Shown here: piece by piece, positions 35,701-44,191 of the stretch
How the letters are laid out: each line of letters opens with the position of its first letter
Numbering within the stretch: position 1 is the stretch's first letter
Source: Bacillota bacterium
GTDB taxonomy: Bacteria > Bacillota > Sulfobacillia > UBA995 > UBA9673
Assembly: GCA_003599345.1 (NCBI GenBank)
Contig: QZJP01000009.1
Coordinates: 501 to 64,500, forward strand
Length of the DNA stretch: 64,000 nt
Reading direction: 5' to 3'
The notes under the pieces: generated by a model
What the model was told of the DNA's origin: nothing
The model's database searches: none
Seen by the model: only the letters and a program-made list of their open reading frames with translations
Translations under genes and position numbers: made by a program

Positions 35701-36847
35701 GGCGTCGGGGGGCATCGAACCTCTGTTCTCCATCGCCTTTACCCGGAGAGGCATCCTCGGAGGCAAGGAGCTCGTGGAGGTCAACCCCTACTTCGAGCGG
35801 GTGGCGGAAACGGGAGGCTTCGCGAGCGACGAGTTCATGGCCAGGGTGGCCGAGATCGGTAGTGTGCAGGGGATGGACGAGGTGCCGACCGAAATCAGGC
35901 GCGTTTTCGTCTCCGCTCTCGACATCTCCCCCGAATGGCACGTTCGCATGCAAGCCGCCTTCCAGAAGCACACGGACAACGCCGTGTCCAAGACGGTCAA
36001 CCTCCCGTTCGAGGCGACCCCCGAGGATATCCGGGCCATCTACACGCAGGCCTTTGAGCTTGGCTGTAAGGGCGTCACAGTCTACCGCAACGGGAGCCGG
36101 AGCGAGCAGGTTCTGAACGTGGGGAAGGGGGCGGCCGGCGCCGCCCCGGCCTTGTCGCCGGCGACCGGGTGCGGCGCTCCCGGAGGAGTCGCTGCCGCCG
36201 GTGGGGCGGGGGCTTCCGGCCCGACCGGCGCCCGGGCCGGCGGGGCGGTGGTGGACCTCGGGTCGTGGGGCGCGATACGACCCCTGCAGAGGCCCGAGGG
36301 CCTTCAGGGCGTCACCGTCAGGAAGGCGACCCCCCTCGGCAATCTCTACCTGACCCTCAACACGGTCGACGGGCACCCGTTCGAGCTCTTCGCCCAGATA
36401 GGCAAGGCGGGCACCGATGTCGCGGCCTTCACCGAGGGCCTGGCGCGCCTCGTGTCACTGGCCCTGCGCTGCGGCATCTCCCCCGACGAGATTGTCAGCG
36501 ATCTCTCCGGCATCGGCGGCAGCCGGAGTGTGGGCTTCGGCCCCAACAAGATACGGTCCATACCCGACGCGATAGCCGTCTTCATGGATGAGTTTCTCGC
36601 CGGGCGGGTGGCCGTTTCACCTTGGGCCGAAGTCAAGGCCGGCCAACTCACCTGGCTCACGAGCTCCAACGGCGGCGTGGTCGAAGACGGGACCGGAGTC
36701 GCGGCCGCCGCGAACGGGGCCGGGGTCTCACCGGCACGGCCCGTCGTCAAAGTCGACCACGACCTCTGCCCGAGTTGCTGGATGTACACGCTGGCCTATG
36801 AGGAAGGCTGTCTGAAGTGCCGCTCTTGTGGGTACAGTGAATGCTAG
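32768..36847 (+). CDS. nrdJ: Class II (adenosylcobalamin-dependent) ribonucleotide reductase NrdJ, intein-containing precursor
   Basis: ATG 32768 follows GGGGAGGAG. ..LFNSPTLMNAG..QLSACFVLPIDDS.., ..STNPCGEQPL.., ..TIAPTGTISI... C-terminal TSCPD-like region and Cys-rich tail CPSC..CLKCRSCGYSEC. The upstream part of the track ORF (from 32522) lies inside nrdR. Confidence 0.9.
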   Translation: MPREPILSENALVVLQSRYLAKDEQGRVAETPAEMFRRVARNLALIDVLYRPEVYDKVGRQDAIGGEDAVGPRGTGAGPGVPGESGDSDLPYSSHDLATLRRAYDSLRSRGHMKVSFAGLLDEARRSRRELAAAEERLYEAMIDLELLFNSPTLMNAGRELQQLSACFVLPIDDSLTGIFETLKHTALIHQSGGGCVAGDALVHTTFCGVEEISTLYERVRRTGLPETSGGRYRVMDVRHLGVRTMSLDPSTGGFEAKPVTRLWRWEVPVEEQVTVSCRGGESVTTSSWHPFMVWSGGRVEEKAAGDLRPGDVLFQPNRAVRDHWPVAGYHEDEGLALDEGLAWLAGFFLGDGSFEVLTGRGAGHRALRLRLLGDRRETLDFAASVLAGRGAEANVRPDSGGRWSLQTTDRRFTGRFARLLEAIPGPKTDLTLPSGVSKSPLPVIGAFLGGLTDSGGYVDPRGRRVGFSTAYPSLARRLQALLSLLGFSPTLRVRKPKGRSRQPLFDVKFAAATKTHELAGLVLPWVHDPLKAERLAALTRPAARDTRRRVPVRFEDIRDLVAAAGVETRGTAIPRGPVRIGGETFWLHRMKWQEGMSEAGLLRLVGALRRVLGPEHRPRLDLLKALASGWTVVERVAPASTPQDFYDFTVEGHNNYLAGRGNLAVIHNTGFSFSRLRPKDDIVRSTGGVASGPVSFMKVFDAATNAVKQGGTRRGANMGILRCDHPDILEFIDSKVDSQAITNFNISVGLTDKFMEAVGRDEVYELRNPRTGEVTGEFKAREVFEKVAKRAWANGEPGVIFLDRLNAANPTPQIGEIESTNPCGEQPLLPFESCNLASLNLGRMVRGGRFDFERLGSLVHLAVRYLDNVIDANRYPMPEIERMTKGNRKIGLGVMGWADALIQLGIPYDSEEAVALAEEVMGFIDAESKKASTELARSRGPFPNFPGSALDKTGLEPRRNATTTTIAPTGTISIIAGASGGIEPLFSIAFTRRGILGGKELVEVNPYFERVAETGGFASDEFMARVAEIGSVQGMDEVPTEIRRVFVSALDISPEWHVRMQAAFQKHTDNAVSKTVNLPFEATPEDIRAIYTQAFELGCKGVTVYRNGSRSEQVLNVGKGAAGAAPALSPATGCGAPGGVAAAGGAGASGPTGARAGGAVVDLGSWGAIRPLQRPEGLQGVTVRKATPLGNLYLTLNTVDGHPFELFAQIGKAGTDVAAFTEGLARLVSLALRCGISPDEIVSDLSGIGGSRSVGFGPNKIRSIPDAIAVFMDEFLAGRVAVSPWAEVKAGQLTWLTSSNGGVVEDGTGVAAAANGAGVSPARPVVKVDHDLCPSCWMYTLAYEEGCLKCRSCGYSEC
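33353..34774 (+). mobile_element. Intein (474 aa) with LAGLIDADG homing-endonuclease domain inserted in nrdJ
   Basis: The host motif SGGG / TGFSFSRLRP is interrupted. The insert starts CVAGDALVHT (block A) and has ..TTSSWHPF (block B). LAGLIDADG motifs are LAWLAGFFLGDGSF and VIGAFLGGLTDSGGYV. It ends ..DFTVEGHNNYLAG..LAVIHN, followed by +1 Thr. Confidence 0.9.
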
Positions 36848-36856
36848 CAATGGGAG

Positions 36857-37627
36857 GTGCGCCCGGTGTTCGACCTGGCCGGCCTAGGAGTCACAGTCAT
36901 CGCCCTCGGCTCGGCGGCGGTCGGTGCGGCGCACGCCGTTCTGCCTGACCACTGGGTTCCATACGTGGTCCTGAGTAAGGCCAGGGGCTGGGGCATGCCC
37001 CAGGCCCTAGGGGCCGCGGCCGCCGGCGGGATGGCGCACCTCGCCTCCACAACCGCTCTCGGCGTGGCCGTGGCGTTCCTCGGGGCCGAAGCGCTGGAGG
37101 GGGTCGGCCATTGGGCCCAACTCTTCGGGGCGGGAGTCCTGGTCCTCTTCGGCGCGGCGCTCCTCGCGCGGGGCTTCCTGACTCTCCGTGCGGGCGGCCG
37201 CGCCCACGGTGATCCCCACCACCACGGTCGCTCCCACGACGACGCCCGGTCCGAGGGCGACGTCCACTCCTACTACCCCGGCGGGTTCTCGTTCTCTCGT
37301 CCTACCGCGAGTCACGACCGGCCGCGGGCCCTGTCGCGGACGGGCCGCCGGGCTCACATCCTGCAGGGCCTACTGCTCGGCGTAAGGCCGTGCGCCGAGG
37401 CCGTTCCCATGTTCCTGGCGGCCGCCGCCTACGGGTTCACGTCTTCCCTCCTCTCGGTCGTCATGTGGACCGCGGCCACTCTTGTCACGATGGTCCTCAT
37501 GGTCTGGATATCCCTCCTCGGACTTCGCGGGCTCCCCCTGGACACGGTCAACCGATATGGGGAACTCGCGGCCGGCGGGCTCATCCTCCTGATGGGCCTA
37601 GGCGCGGCATACCTCGGGCTTCACTGA
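36857..37627 (+). CDS. Polytopic membrane protein with His-rich loop (putative Ni/Co/Zn transporter)
   Basis: 256 aa. Six or so hydrophobic helices. HAVLPDHW motif in TM1. Central loop HGDPHHHGRSHDDARSEGDVH. The start may be GTG 36866. Confidence 0.45.
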   Translation: MRPVFDLAGLGVTVIALGSAAVGAAHAVLPDHWVPYVVLSKARGWGMPQALGAAAAGGMAHLASTTALGVAVAFLGAEALEGVGHWAQLFGAGVLVLFGAALLARGFLTLRAGGRAHGDPHHHGRSHDDARSEGDVHSYYPGGFSFSRPTASHDRPRALSRTGRRAHILQGLLLGVRPCAEAVPMFLAAAAYGFTSSLLSVVMWTAATLVTMVLMVWISLLGLRGLPLDTVNRYGELAAGGLILLMGLGAAYLGLH

Positions 37628-37808
37628 GTACCTCTCCAGCGGAGTCACCCCCCGGGGCAGGGAGTCCAGCCCGGGGGGGCGAAGAGATGCCGCAATTGTC
37701 TGCCACCGGCCCGGGTCCGGAGAGTCCGTCGACCGGGCCCGGTACTCACGGCGCCGGCGGGCGGGATGGCGGCCCGAGTGAAAGCTTCGGAGAGGGGCGG
37801 GGTACCAG

Positions 37809-39254
37809 GTGAGCGCTGTTACAGCAACCCTTCGCACGACTGAGGACTACATCGAACGACTCCGGGGTATGCGAAAGAACGTGCACTACCAGGGGGAACT
37901 AGTGGAGCGGACCCACCCGGACATCATGCCGGGCATCCGGGTCATCGGCTTGACGTTCGATGTCGACAACCCGGAATACAAGGGACTGCTCACGGCATCG
38001 TCCCACCTCACTGGGAGGCAGATCAACCGTTTCTGCCACGTGCACCGGACGACCGACGACCTCCTGGCCAAACAGCGGGTGACCCGAATCCTGTGCCGCA
38101 AGTGCGGCGGATGCGTGCAGAGGTGCATGGGCGTCGACGCCATCAACGCCCTGTCGGTCGTGACCAAGATGGCTGAGGACGCGACGGGAATTGAGTACCA
38201 CCAGCGCTTCAATCACTTCCTCGAGTACTTCCAGGACAACGACCTCGTGGGCAACGCCGCTCAGACGGACGTGAAAGGTGACCGGTCCAAGCGCCCGCAC
38301 GAGCAAGTCGATCCCGACCTCTACCTGAGGGTGGTCGAGAAGCGCAAGGACGGCATCGTCGTGCGCGGAGCCAAGGCGCACAACACCATCGGACCCTACT
38401 GCGACGAGATCATCGTCCTGCCGACAAGGCTGATGACTCCGAACGACGCGGACTGGTCCGTGGCCTTCGCCGTCCCGGCGGACACTCAAGGAGTACACCT
38501 GTTCATCCGGGCGACCCACCCCCGTCCCAGGGACGAGCTCAAGGCCCCGGGGGCCGAGTTCGGCGCCTGCGACTCCCTCACGGTGTTCGACGACGTCTTC
38601 GTACCGTGGGAGCGCGTGTTCCTGTGCGGCGAGACAATGTTCGCCGGGCAGCTCGCCGCCCTGTTCGCCACGTATCACCGCCACAGTTACACGGGATGCA
38701 AGGCCGCCGTATGTGACCTCGTCCTCGGCGCCGCGGCCCTGGTGGCCGAGTACAACGGGGTGGCCAAGGCCCCTCACGTCCGGGACAAACTGGCGGAACT
38801 CATCGCCGTGGGCGAGCTCGTCTTCGCCGCGGGCATCGCGGCGAGCGTCACGGCTCAGGCGGCCTCTTCGGGTACCATGGTCCCGGACATAGTCTACACG
38901 AACGTCGGCCGCTACCACGCCGGAGTGAACGTGATGCACGAGTTCGACACGCTCATAGACCTGGCGGGCGGTCTTCCGGCGACTCTGCCGCCCGAGCAGG
39001 AGTGGAACAATCCGGAGAGCGCCAAGTTCCTCGAGAAGTACATCATGAGGAACCCGGCCGTCTCGGCCGAGAACCAGCACCGCCTCTTCCGCACGCTGTC
39101 AGATATGCTATGCTCTAGTAGCGCCGGCGTGATGCAGGTGGCCGGGGTGCACGGAGGCGGCTCGCCGATAATGGAGCGTATAGCCATAACCGGGCTCTAC
39201 GACATAGAGGAACGGAAGGCGATGATCCGTCGCCTGGCGGGCATAAAGGACTAG
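37809..39254 (+). CDS. abfD: 4-hydroxybutyryl-CoA dehydratase / vinylacetyl-CoA delta-isomerase family (AbfD-like)
   Basis: 481 aa, collinear by eye with Clostridium aminobutyricum AbfD. Cluster ligands are conserved: CGGCVQRCMGVDA and YHRHSYTGCK. Also ..DPDLYLRVVEKRKDGIVVRGAKAH.. Confidence 0.8.
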   Translation: MSAVTATLRTTEDYIERLRGMRKNVHYQGELVERTHPDIMPGIRVIGLTFDVDNPEYKGLLTASSHLTGRQINRFCHVHRTTDDLLAKQRVTRILCRKCGGCVQRCMGVDAINALSVVTKMAEDATGIEYHQRFNHFLEYFQDNDLVGNAAQTDVKGDRSKRPHEQVDPDLYLRVVEKRKDGIVVRGAKAHNTIGPYCDEIIVLPTRLMTPNDADWSVAFAVPADTQGVHLFIRATHPRPRDELKAPGAEFGACDSLTVFDDVFVPWERVFLCGETMFAGQLAALFATYHRHSYTGCKAAVCDLVLGAAALVAEYNGVAKAPHVRDKLAELIAVGELVFAAGIAASVTAQAASSGTMVPDIVYTNVGRYHAGVNVMHEFDTLIDLAGGLPATLPPEQEWNNPESAKFLEKYIMRNPAVSAENQHRLFRTLSDMLCSSSAGVMQVAGVHGGGSPIMERIAITGLYDIEERKAMIRRLAGIKD

Positions 39255-39388
39255 ACTGGTGACCCGCCGGCCTCTCGTGAAGCGGAAGGCCGGGGCCGGG
39301 CCCATGTTCACCCGGGCCGGTCCGGTCTATCCTGGACCCGGCCCGGGCCGTTCACGGGGTAGGGGTAGCCCCTCAAGGGGAGGACGCC

Positions 39389-40285
39389 ATGGCGAAACCC
39401 GCGCGGGACAACGGTAGCCGGCCGCCGGTCGCCTTTCCCCTCCACGAACTCGAGGGAGGCGTCGCCGTCGTGCGGGTAGCTCCCTTGGAGCGGGCCCTAC
39501 CCGGCACCCTCGCCGTCTTCTCGACACGGCTGGGTGGAGTCAGCTCTTCGCCCTGGCACTCCATGAACGTCGGCTACCACTCGGGAGACAGCCCCGCGGA
39601 CGTGACTGAGAACCGCAGGCGGCTCTTCAGGGCTCTCGGCGTGAGCCCGGACACTCTGGTCACCGCCGGCCAGGTCCATGGTGACGTGGTAGCCGTGGCA
39701 ACCAGGCCCGGTCACCAGGACAACACGGACGGGCTAGTCACCATCGACCGCGGGCTGACGCTGGCCGTGTTCTGCGCGGACTGCGTGCCGGTCTGGCTCC
39801 TGGACCCCAAGACTCCGGCGGCCGGCGTCGTCCACGCCGGCTGGCGCGGCAGCCTGGCGGGCATCGCCGGCAGGGCGGTCGAGACCATGAGGGTGAAACT
39901 CGGAAGCCGCCCCCGAGACCTTCTCGCGGCCGTCGGGCCGTCAATCGGCCCCTGCTGCTACGAGGTGGGACCGGAGGTGGCTTCCAGGGCGAGGGCTGTC
40001 TTCGGCAACGAGGTCCTCGTTGAGGAAGCGGCCCTCGCGAGACCCCGGCTGGACCTGTGGGAGATGAACCGGAAGTCGCTAATCCTGGCGGGACTGAGCC
40101 CGTCACGCGTTTACGTCTCGGACATGTGCACCTCGTGCCGCGAGGACCTGTTCCACTCCCATCGCCGGGAGACCATCCGCGGTGCGCGGCGCGGCGCGGC
40201 GGGAAGCTCCGGTGCCGCCCCCGGTGAACCTAGCCCTGGTGGGGCAGGCCGGATGGTCGCCATCATCGCTCTCCGCAGGCCCTGA
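39389..40285 (+). CDS. pgeF: Peptidoglycan editing factor PgeF / YfiH (YlmD, DUF152 laccase-domain protein)
   Basis: ..FSTRLGGVS..NVGYHSGD.., ..QVHGDVV.., ..ADCVPV.., ..HAGWRG.., ..CTSC.. motifs. Gly/Ala/Arg-rich C-terminal tail. Confidence 0.85.
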   Translation: MAKPARDNGSRPPVAFPLHELEGGVAVVRVAPLERALPGTLAVFSTRLGGVSSSPWHSMNVGYHSGDSPADVTENRRRLFRALGVSPDTLVTAGQVHGDVVAVATRPGHQDNTDGLVTIDRGLTLAVFCADCVPVWLLDPKTPAAGVVHAGWRGSLAGIAGRAVETMRVKLGSRPRDLLAAVGPSIGPCCYEVGPEVASRARAVFGNEVLVEEAALARPRLDLWEMNRKSLILAGLSPSRVYVSDMCTSCREDLFHSHRRETIRGARRGAAGSSGAAPGEPSPGGAGRMVAIIALRRP

Positions 40286-40426
40286 CGCCAGTCCTGGCGT
40301 GGCTCTAGCCTCCACCGCCGGCAGCCGTGGGAGAGGATACCCCCAGCTGGCGAAGAACTAGGCGCGGGTCCGGCACCATGCCGAGACCAGCCTAGGCGCG
40401 ATGTTGGGAAGGTAGGGCCTTCTCCG

Positions 40427-41857
40427 GTGCCCCGGTACGACAGTGGCAGGATCCACAGAGGGAGGCAGTCGCGCCCCGGTAGGAAATCGAACGCGCGGCG
40501 GCCGTCACGGGAGAGGCGGGCCGTGAAGGCCGGCCGTCCCGTGACCTCGGGATCCCGCCGGGCTTCGCGCGTCAAGCGGTCCAGGTCCGCCCGGCGGGCC
40601 CCTCGCCGCTGGCTGCGTCTTGGACTGCTGGCGGCGGCGATCGCCGGGGTCATGGCCCTCGGCGGCTATTCGACCCTCAAGACCTTCTTTATCTCGCAAC
40701 TCGTCGGCATCGCCGTCGTCGGCGAGGGCACCGTCGAGGAGGTCATCGACGGGCGCGGATTCGTGATTCGCCACGAGACGGTGCTCCGGTCGCCCGTGTC
40801 GGGGACGGTCACTCTCGCCGCGGCGGACGGAGTCCGCGCGCGGACCGACACGGTGGTGGCCGAGTTGTCCGACACGGTCGAGAAGTCGCGGGCCGAAGAA
40901 CGCGTGGCGCAGCTCGAGGCCGACCTGGCTGCCTTCAACGCCTCCCACGCCGCCGCCGAAGAGACTCTGAACCAGACCGCCCTACAGGCCCAGGCCGAGA
41001 CGCAGGCCAAGACCGACCAGCTGCGAACGGCCTGCCTTGAAGCTGACCTCGCCGCCATGGAGCGGCTGACGGCCGAACTTGACGCCTTGGTCCTGAGCCT
41101 GGCCGAGACGCGCGGCGAACTCGACACCATCCGTGAGGACAGGGCCTCCCTGGAAGCATCGCTGGCGACGGCCAGGGCCGCCCTTGCCCAATCGGTTTTC
41201 CGCGTGACGGCTCCCCACGCCGGGACCGTGTCCTACCGGCTCGACGGGCTGGAGGAGATCCTGACTCCCGCGGCCGCGGCGTCGTTCACGACCAAAGAGC
41301 TTCTTACCGTGTCGCACCGCGGGGCGGTGGTCGTCGACCAATCCCGCCTGCAGGCAGGGGACCCGGTGGCGAAGATAGTCGGCGACGATGAAGTCTACGT
41401 CGCCGTCATAGTGACAAACGGAGAGGCCGACCTGCTCTCGTCCCAGCCGGACGTGTCCCTTCGCTTCGAGGGGTTCGACGGCAGGCGGGAGACTGTGGCC
41501 GCTCTCTACCGTGTCGGCGAGAGAGAGAACAACGGGTACTGCCTTGTAACCTATCTAGCTGCTGAACTCCTGGACGGCATGGTGTCACAGCGCCAGGTCG
41601 ACACCACGATCATCGTCCACAGGTACACGGGCACAGTAATCCCGCGGAAAGCCCTGGTTCACCGCGGGGGTCTTGACGGCGTGTTCGTCGTGCAAGGGGT
41701 AGTGTGCCGCTTCCAGCCGGTCACGGTGCTGGGCGGGAATCGCGAGGATTGCGTGGTCGAAGGAGTCGCGCCGCAGACTCAGGTTATCACGACGCCGTGG
41801 CTCGTGGACGAGGGCACGCGCATCGGCCTTCGGGAAGGAGCCCGGGGACTTGCCTAG
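40427..41857 (+). CDS. HlyD/membrane-fusion-like protein (basic N-terminus, one TM, coiled coil, beta-barrel)
   Basis: 476 aa. Arg-rich cytoplasmic head, then TM LGLLAAAIAGVMALGG. Lipoyl-like ..SGTVTLAAADGVRARTDTVVAEL.., long Ala/Glu/Leu coiled coil, ..VTAPHAGTVSY... Family assignment is by pattern only. Confidence 0.45.
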   Translation: MPRYDSGRIHRGRQSRPGRKSNARRPSRERRAVKAGRPVTSGSRRASRVKRSRSARRAPRRWLRLGLLAAAIAGVMALGGYSTLKTFFISQLVGIAVVGEGTVEEVIDGRGFVIRHETVLRSPVSGTVTLAAADGVRARTDTVVAELSDTVEKSRAEERVAQLEADLAAFNASHAAAEETLNQTALQAQAETQAKTDQLRTACLEADLAAMERLTAELDALVLSLAETRGELDTIREDRASLEASLATARAALAQSVFRVTAPHAGTVSYRLDGLEEILTPAAAASFTTKELLTVSHRGAVVVDQSRLQAGDPVAKIVGDDEVYVAVIVTNGEADLLSSQPDVSLRFEGFDGRRETVAALYRVGERENNGYCLVTYLAAELLDGMVSQRQVDTTIIVHRYTGTVIPRKALVHRGGLDGVFVVQGVVCRFQPVTVLGGNREDCVVEGVAPQTQVITTPWLVDEGTRIGLREGARGLA

Positions 41858-42593
41858 AGCCGGGGACCACCATGCCGACCGTCGCCGCGAGATCATCCGG
41901 GCCAACCTCTCGGCAGTCCGCGAACGGGTGGCGGCCGCCGCCCTGAGAGCGGGGCGGAGCCCGTACGACGTGCGCATCGTGGTGGTCACCAAGGATGTCG
42001 AGGTGGAGTCGGTCAGGGCGGCCTTGGAGTTGGGCGTCCTGGACGTCGGCGAGAACCGCGTGAAGGAGGGTGTCGCCAAGCGGGCGGCCTTGTCGACCGA
42101 CTTCCCCGCCGTGAGATGGCACATGATCGGTCACCTGCAAACCAACAAGGCCCGCAAGGCGGCCCTGGAGTTTGACCTCGTCCACTCGGTGGACGGCCCG
42201 CGCGTGGCCGAGGCCCTGTCGAGGGCGGTCGAGGAGGGCGGGCGCGTCGGGCCTCTCGGAGTCCTCCTGCAGGTGAACGTGTCGGGCGAAGGAACCAAGT
42301 TCGGGGTCGGGCCCGGCGAGGCCGAGGCTCTCCTGCGCGAGGTCAACCGGCACCCCGGCATAGAGGTCAGGGGCCTCATGACCATCGCGCCTCTCGCTGC
42401 GGACGCCGAGGAAACGAGGCCCGTCTTCCGGCGTTTGGCCCTTCTCGCCCGGCAGATGCGCGAACTGGGGCTTGAGGGAGTCTCAATGGACATCCTGTCC
42501 ATGGGGATGAGCCAAGACTACGAAGTGGCGATCAGCGAGGGGTCCAATCTCGTGCGCATCGGTACGGCTGTTTTCGGGCCCCGAGGAGGGTAG
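41850..42593 (+). CDS. yggS: YggS/YlmE-family pyridoxal-phosphate homeostasis protein
   Basis: ..VRIVVVTKDVEVE..GENRVKEG..WHMIGHLQTNKA..VNVSGEGTKFG..LSMGMSQDYEVAI..G.NLVRIGTAVFG. Confidence 0.9.
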   Translation: MPRAGDHHADRRREIIRANLSAVRERVAAAALRAGRSPYDVRIVVVTKDVEVESVRAALELGVLDVGENRVKEGVAKRAALSTDFPAVRWHMIGHLQTNKARKAALEFDLVHSVDGPRVAEALSRAVEEGGRVGPLGVLLQVNVSGEGTKFGVGPGEAEALLREVNRHPGIEVRGLMTIAPLAADAEETRPVFRRLALLARQMRELGLEGVSMDILSMGMSQDYEVAISEGSNLVRIGTAVFGPRGG

Positions 42594-42601
42594 GATATCA
42601 G

Positions 42602-42913
42602 ATGGACGGGGGAGTGGTACCGGTGCCGTCCGTGGTGATGGTCATCAACGTAGCCGTCACTCTGCTCATCGCCGTCTTGGTGCTGAGGATCATCTTCGCC
42701 AACTTCCGGGTGGTGGCAGGTCGGGAGCGGCCGGGCCGGGTGCTGGGTCCTGTCAGTGACTACGTCATTGACGTCACTGAGCCCATCCTTAGGCCTATCC
42801 GCAGGGTTCTGCCGGATACGGGTCTGTCACTCGACTTCTCTCCGCTGGTGGCCATAATCGCCATAGACCTCATCGCCAGGCTCCTCACCGCCGCGCTGCT
42901 GCGCGTCATGTAG
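42602..42913 (+). CDS. yggT: YggT/YlmG-family membrane protein
   Basis: 103 aa with two hydrophobic helices. ..ILRPIRRVLP..GLDFSPLVAII.. is typical of YggT. Confidence 0.8.
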   Translation: MDGGVVPVPSVVMVINVAVTLLIAVLVLRIIFANFRVVAGRERPGRVLGPVSDYVIDVTEPILRPIRRVLPDTGLSLDFSPLVAIIAIDLIARLLTAALLRVM

Positions 42914-42980
42914 GGGAGGAACTTGTCACCAACCGTCGAAGCGAGAGCCATCTTCCGTGCCACACTGCGAGGTGAACCCG

Positions 42981-43787
42981 TTGACGCTCACGCCTCTTGA
43001 CATACACAACAAGGAGTTCGGCAGGGCCTGGCGCGGGTACTCCGAGGCCGAGGTCGATGACTTCCTGGACCTGGTCGTGAAGGAGTTCGAGGCCCTCATC
43101 CGCGAGAACGGGGAACTCAAGGACCGGCTCGACGAGCTCGAGCGGGTCTTGGAGCGCTACAAGACCATCGAGGACTCCCTCAACAAGACATTGCTCCTCG
43201 CCCAGCAGGCGGCCGAGGACGTCCGCCAGGTCGGGGAGAAGGAAGCCAGGCTCATCAAGGAACGGGCCATGGTTGAGGCCCAGCAGGTCATCGATGAAGC
43301 CCGCGCCAGAGCCAAGCAGGCCGTGGAGGACTACAGCGAGATGCGGCGCGAGGTCGAGTTGTTCCGCTTGAGGATGAAGACTCTTCTCGAGGCGCAGTTG
43401 GAGATATTCGAGGAAGCCGCCCTCAAAGACGAGGGAGAGCCGGCCTCGCCCTTCTTCACGGGGAGGAGGGCGAGGGAGATCACCTCACGCTACGGCCGGC
43501 AGAACCGGGACGCGGGGGACGAGGGCGACGCTGAAACCGAATCCCACATCGAGGCCGCGGCGCTGGACTTCAGGGGCCAAACGAGGAATCGCGCGGCACG
43601 CGTGCCGGGGACGGGCCGCCCCCAGTTGTTCGAGACAGAGCCGGTGCCCGAAGGCCCTGCCAGACCCAACTTGTGGGGTGAGCCGGCCGGCGCCGTGGAT
43701 ACGGTCCCCGCGAGGAGCCGGCCCGGCCTGGAGCCTGCGGAGGCCTTGGAGGAAGACCGGGACGACGGGGACGAGGAGACCTGGTAG
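42981..43787 (+). CDS. divIVA: Septum-site determining protein DivIVA
   Basis: From TTG 42981: MTLTPLDIHNKEFGRAWRGYSEAEVDDFLDLVVKEFEALIRENGELKDRL.. The lipid-binding N-domain and coiled coil are canonical. The tail is acidic and Pro-rich. Confidence 0.9.
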   Translation: MTLTPLDIHNKEFGRAWRGYSEAEVDDFLDLVVKEFEALIRENGELKDRLDELERVLERYKTIEDSLNKTLLLAQQAAEDVRQVGEKEARLIKERAMVEAQQVIDEARARAKQAVEDYSEMRREVELFRLRMKTLLEAQLEIFEEAALKDEGEPASPFFTGRRAREITSRYGRQNRDAGDEGDAETESHIEAAALDFRGQTRNRAARVPGTGRPQLFETEPVPEGPARPNLWGEPAGAVDTVPARSRPGLEPAEALEEDRDDGDEETW

Positions 43788-43831
43788 CTTCCAGGCGTCC
43801 TGGAGGTAGGCGGCGACCCGGGGAGAGTGAG

Positions 43832-44125
43832 GTGGGACCACCGGCCACGTTCAGAGTGCGCGCCCGGCCGGGGGCATCGCGCACCGAGATAGCCGGTTTT
43901 CATGGAGACGCGCTCGCGGTGCGCCTCGCCGCGCCGCCGGAAAAGGGCCGGGCCAACCGGGCCCTTTTGAGTTTCCTGGCCACCGAACTCCGGCTCCGTC
44001 CTTCCGACCTCCGCATCGTCGCTGGTTCGTCCTCAAGGGACAAGATAGTGGAGATCAGGGGTCTCCCGCACGAAGAGCTCCAAAGGCGGCTTATGGCCTT
44101 GGCGGGACCCCCGGAACGCCGGTAG
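43832..44125 (+). CDS. DUF167 / YggU-family protein
   Basis: 97 aa. ..VRARPGASRTEIAG..ALAVRLAAPPEKGRANRALLSFLA..IVAGSSSRDKIVEI.. Confidence 0.75.
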   Translation: MGPPATFRVRARPGASRTEIAGFHGDALAVRLAAPPEKGRANRALLSFLATELRLRPSDLRIVAGSSSRDKIVEIRGLPHEELQRRLMALAGPPERR

Positions 44126-44191
44126 GACCGGACCCGGCGCGACTCCCCGCCGGCCCGGGCCACCGCCCGGCGCCGGAAGGAGCGGCTTCCC

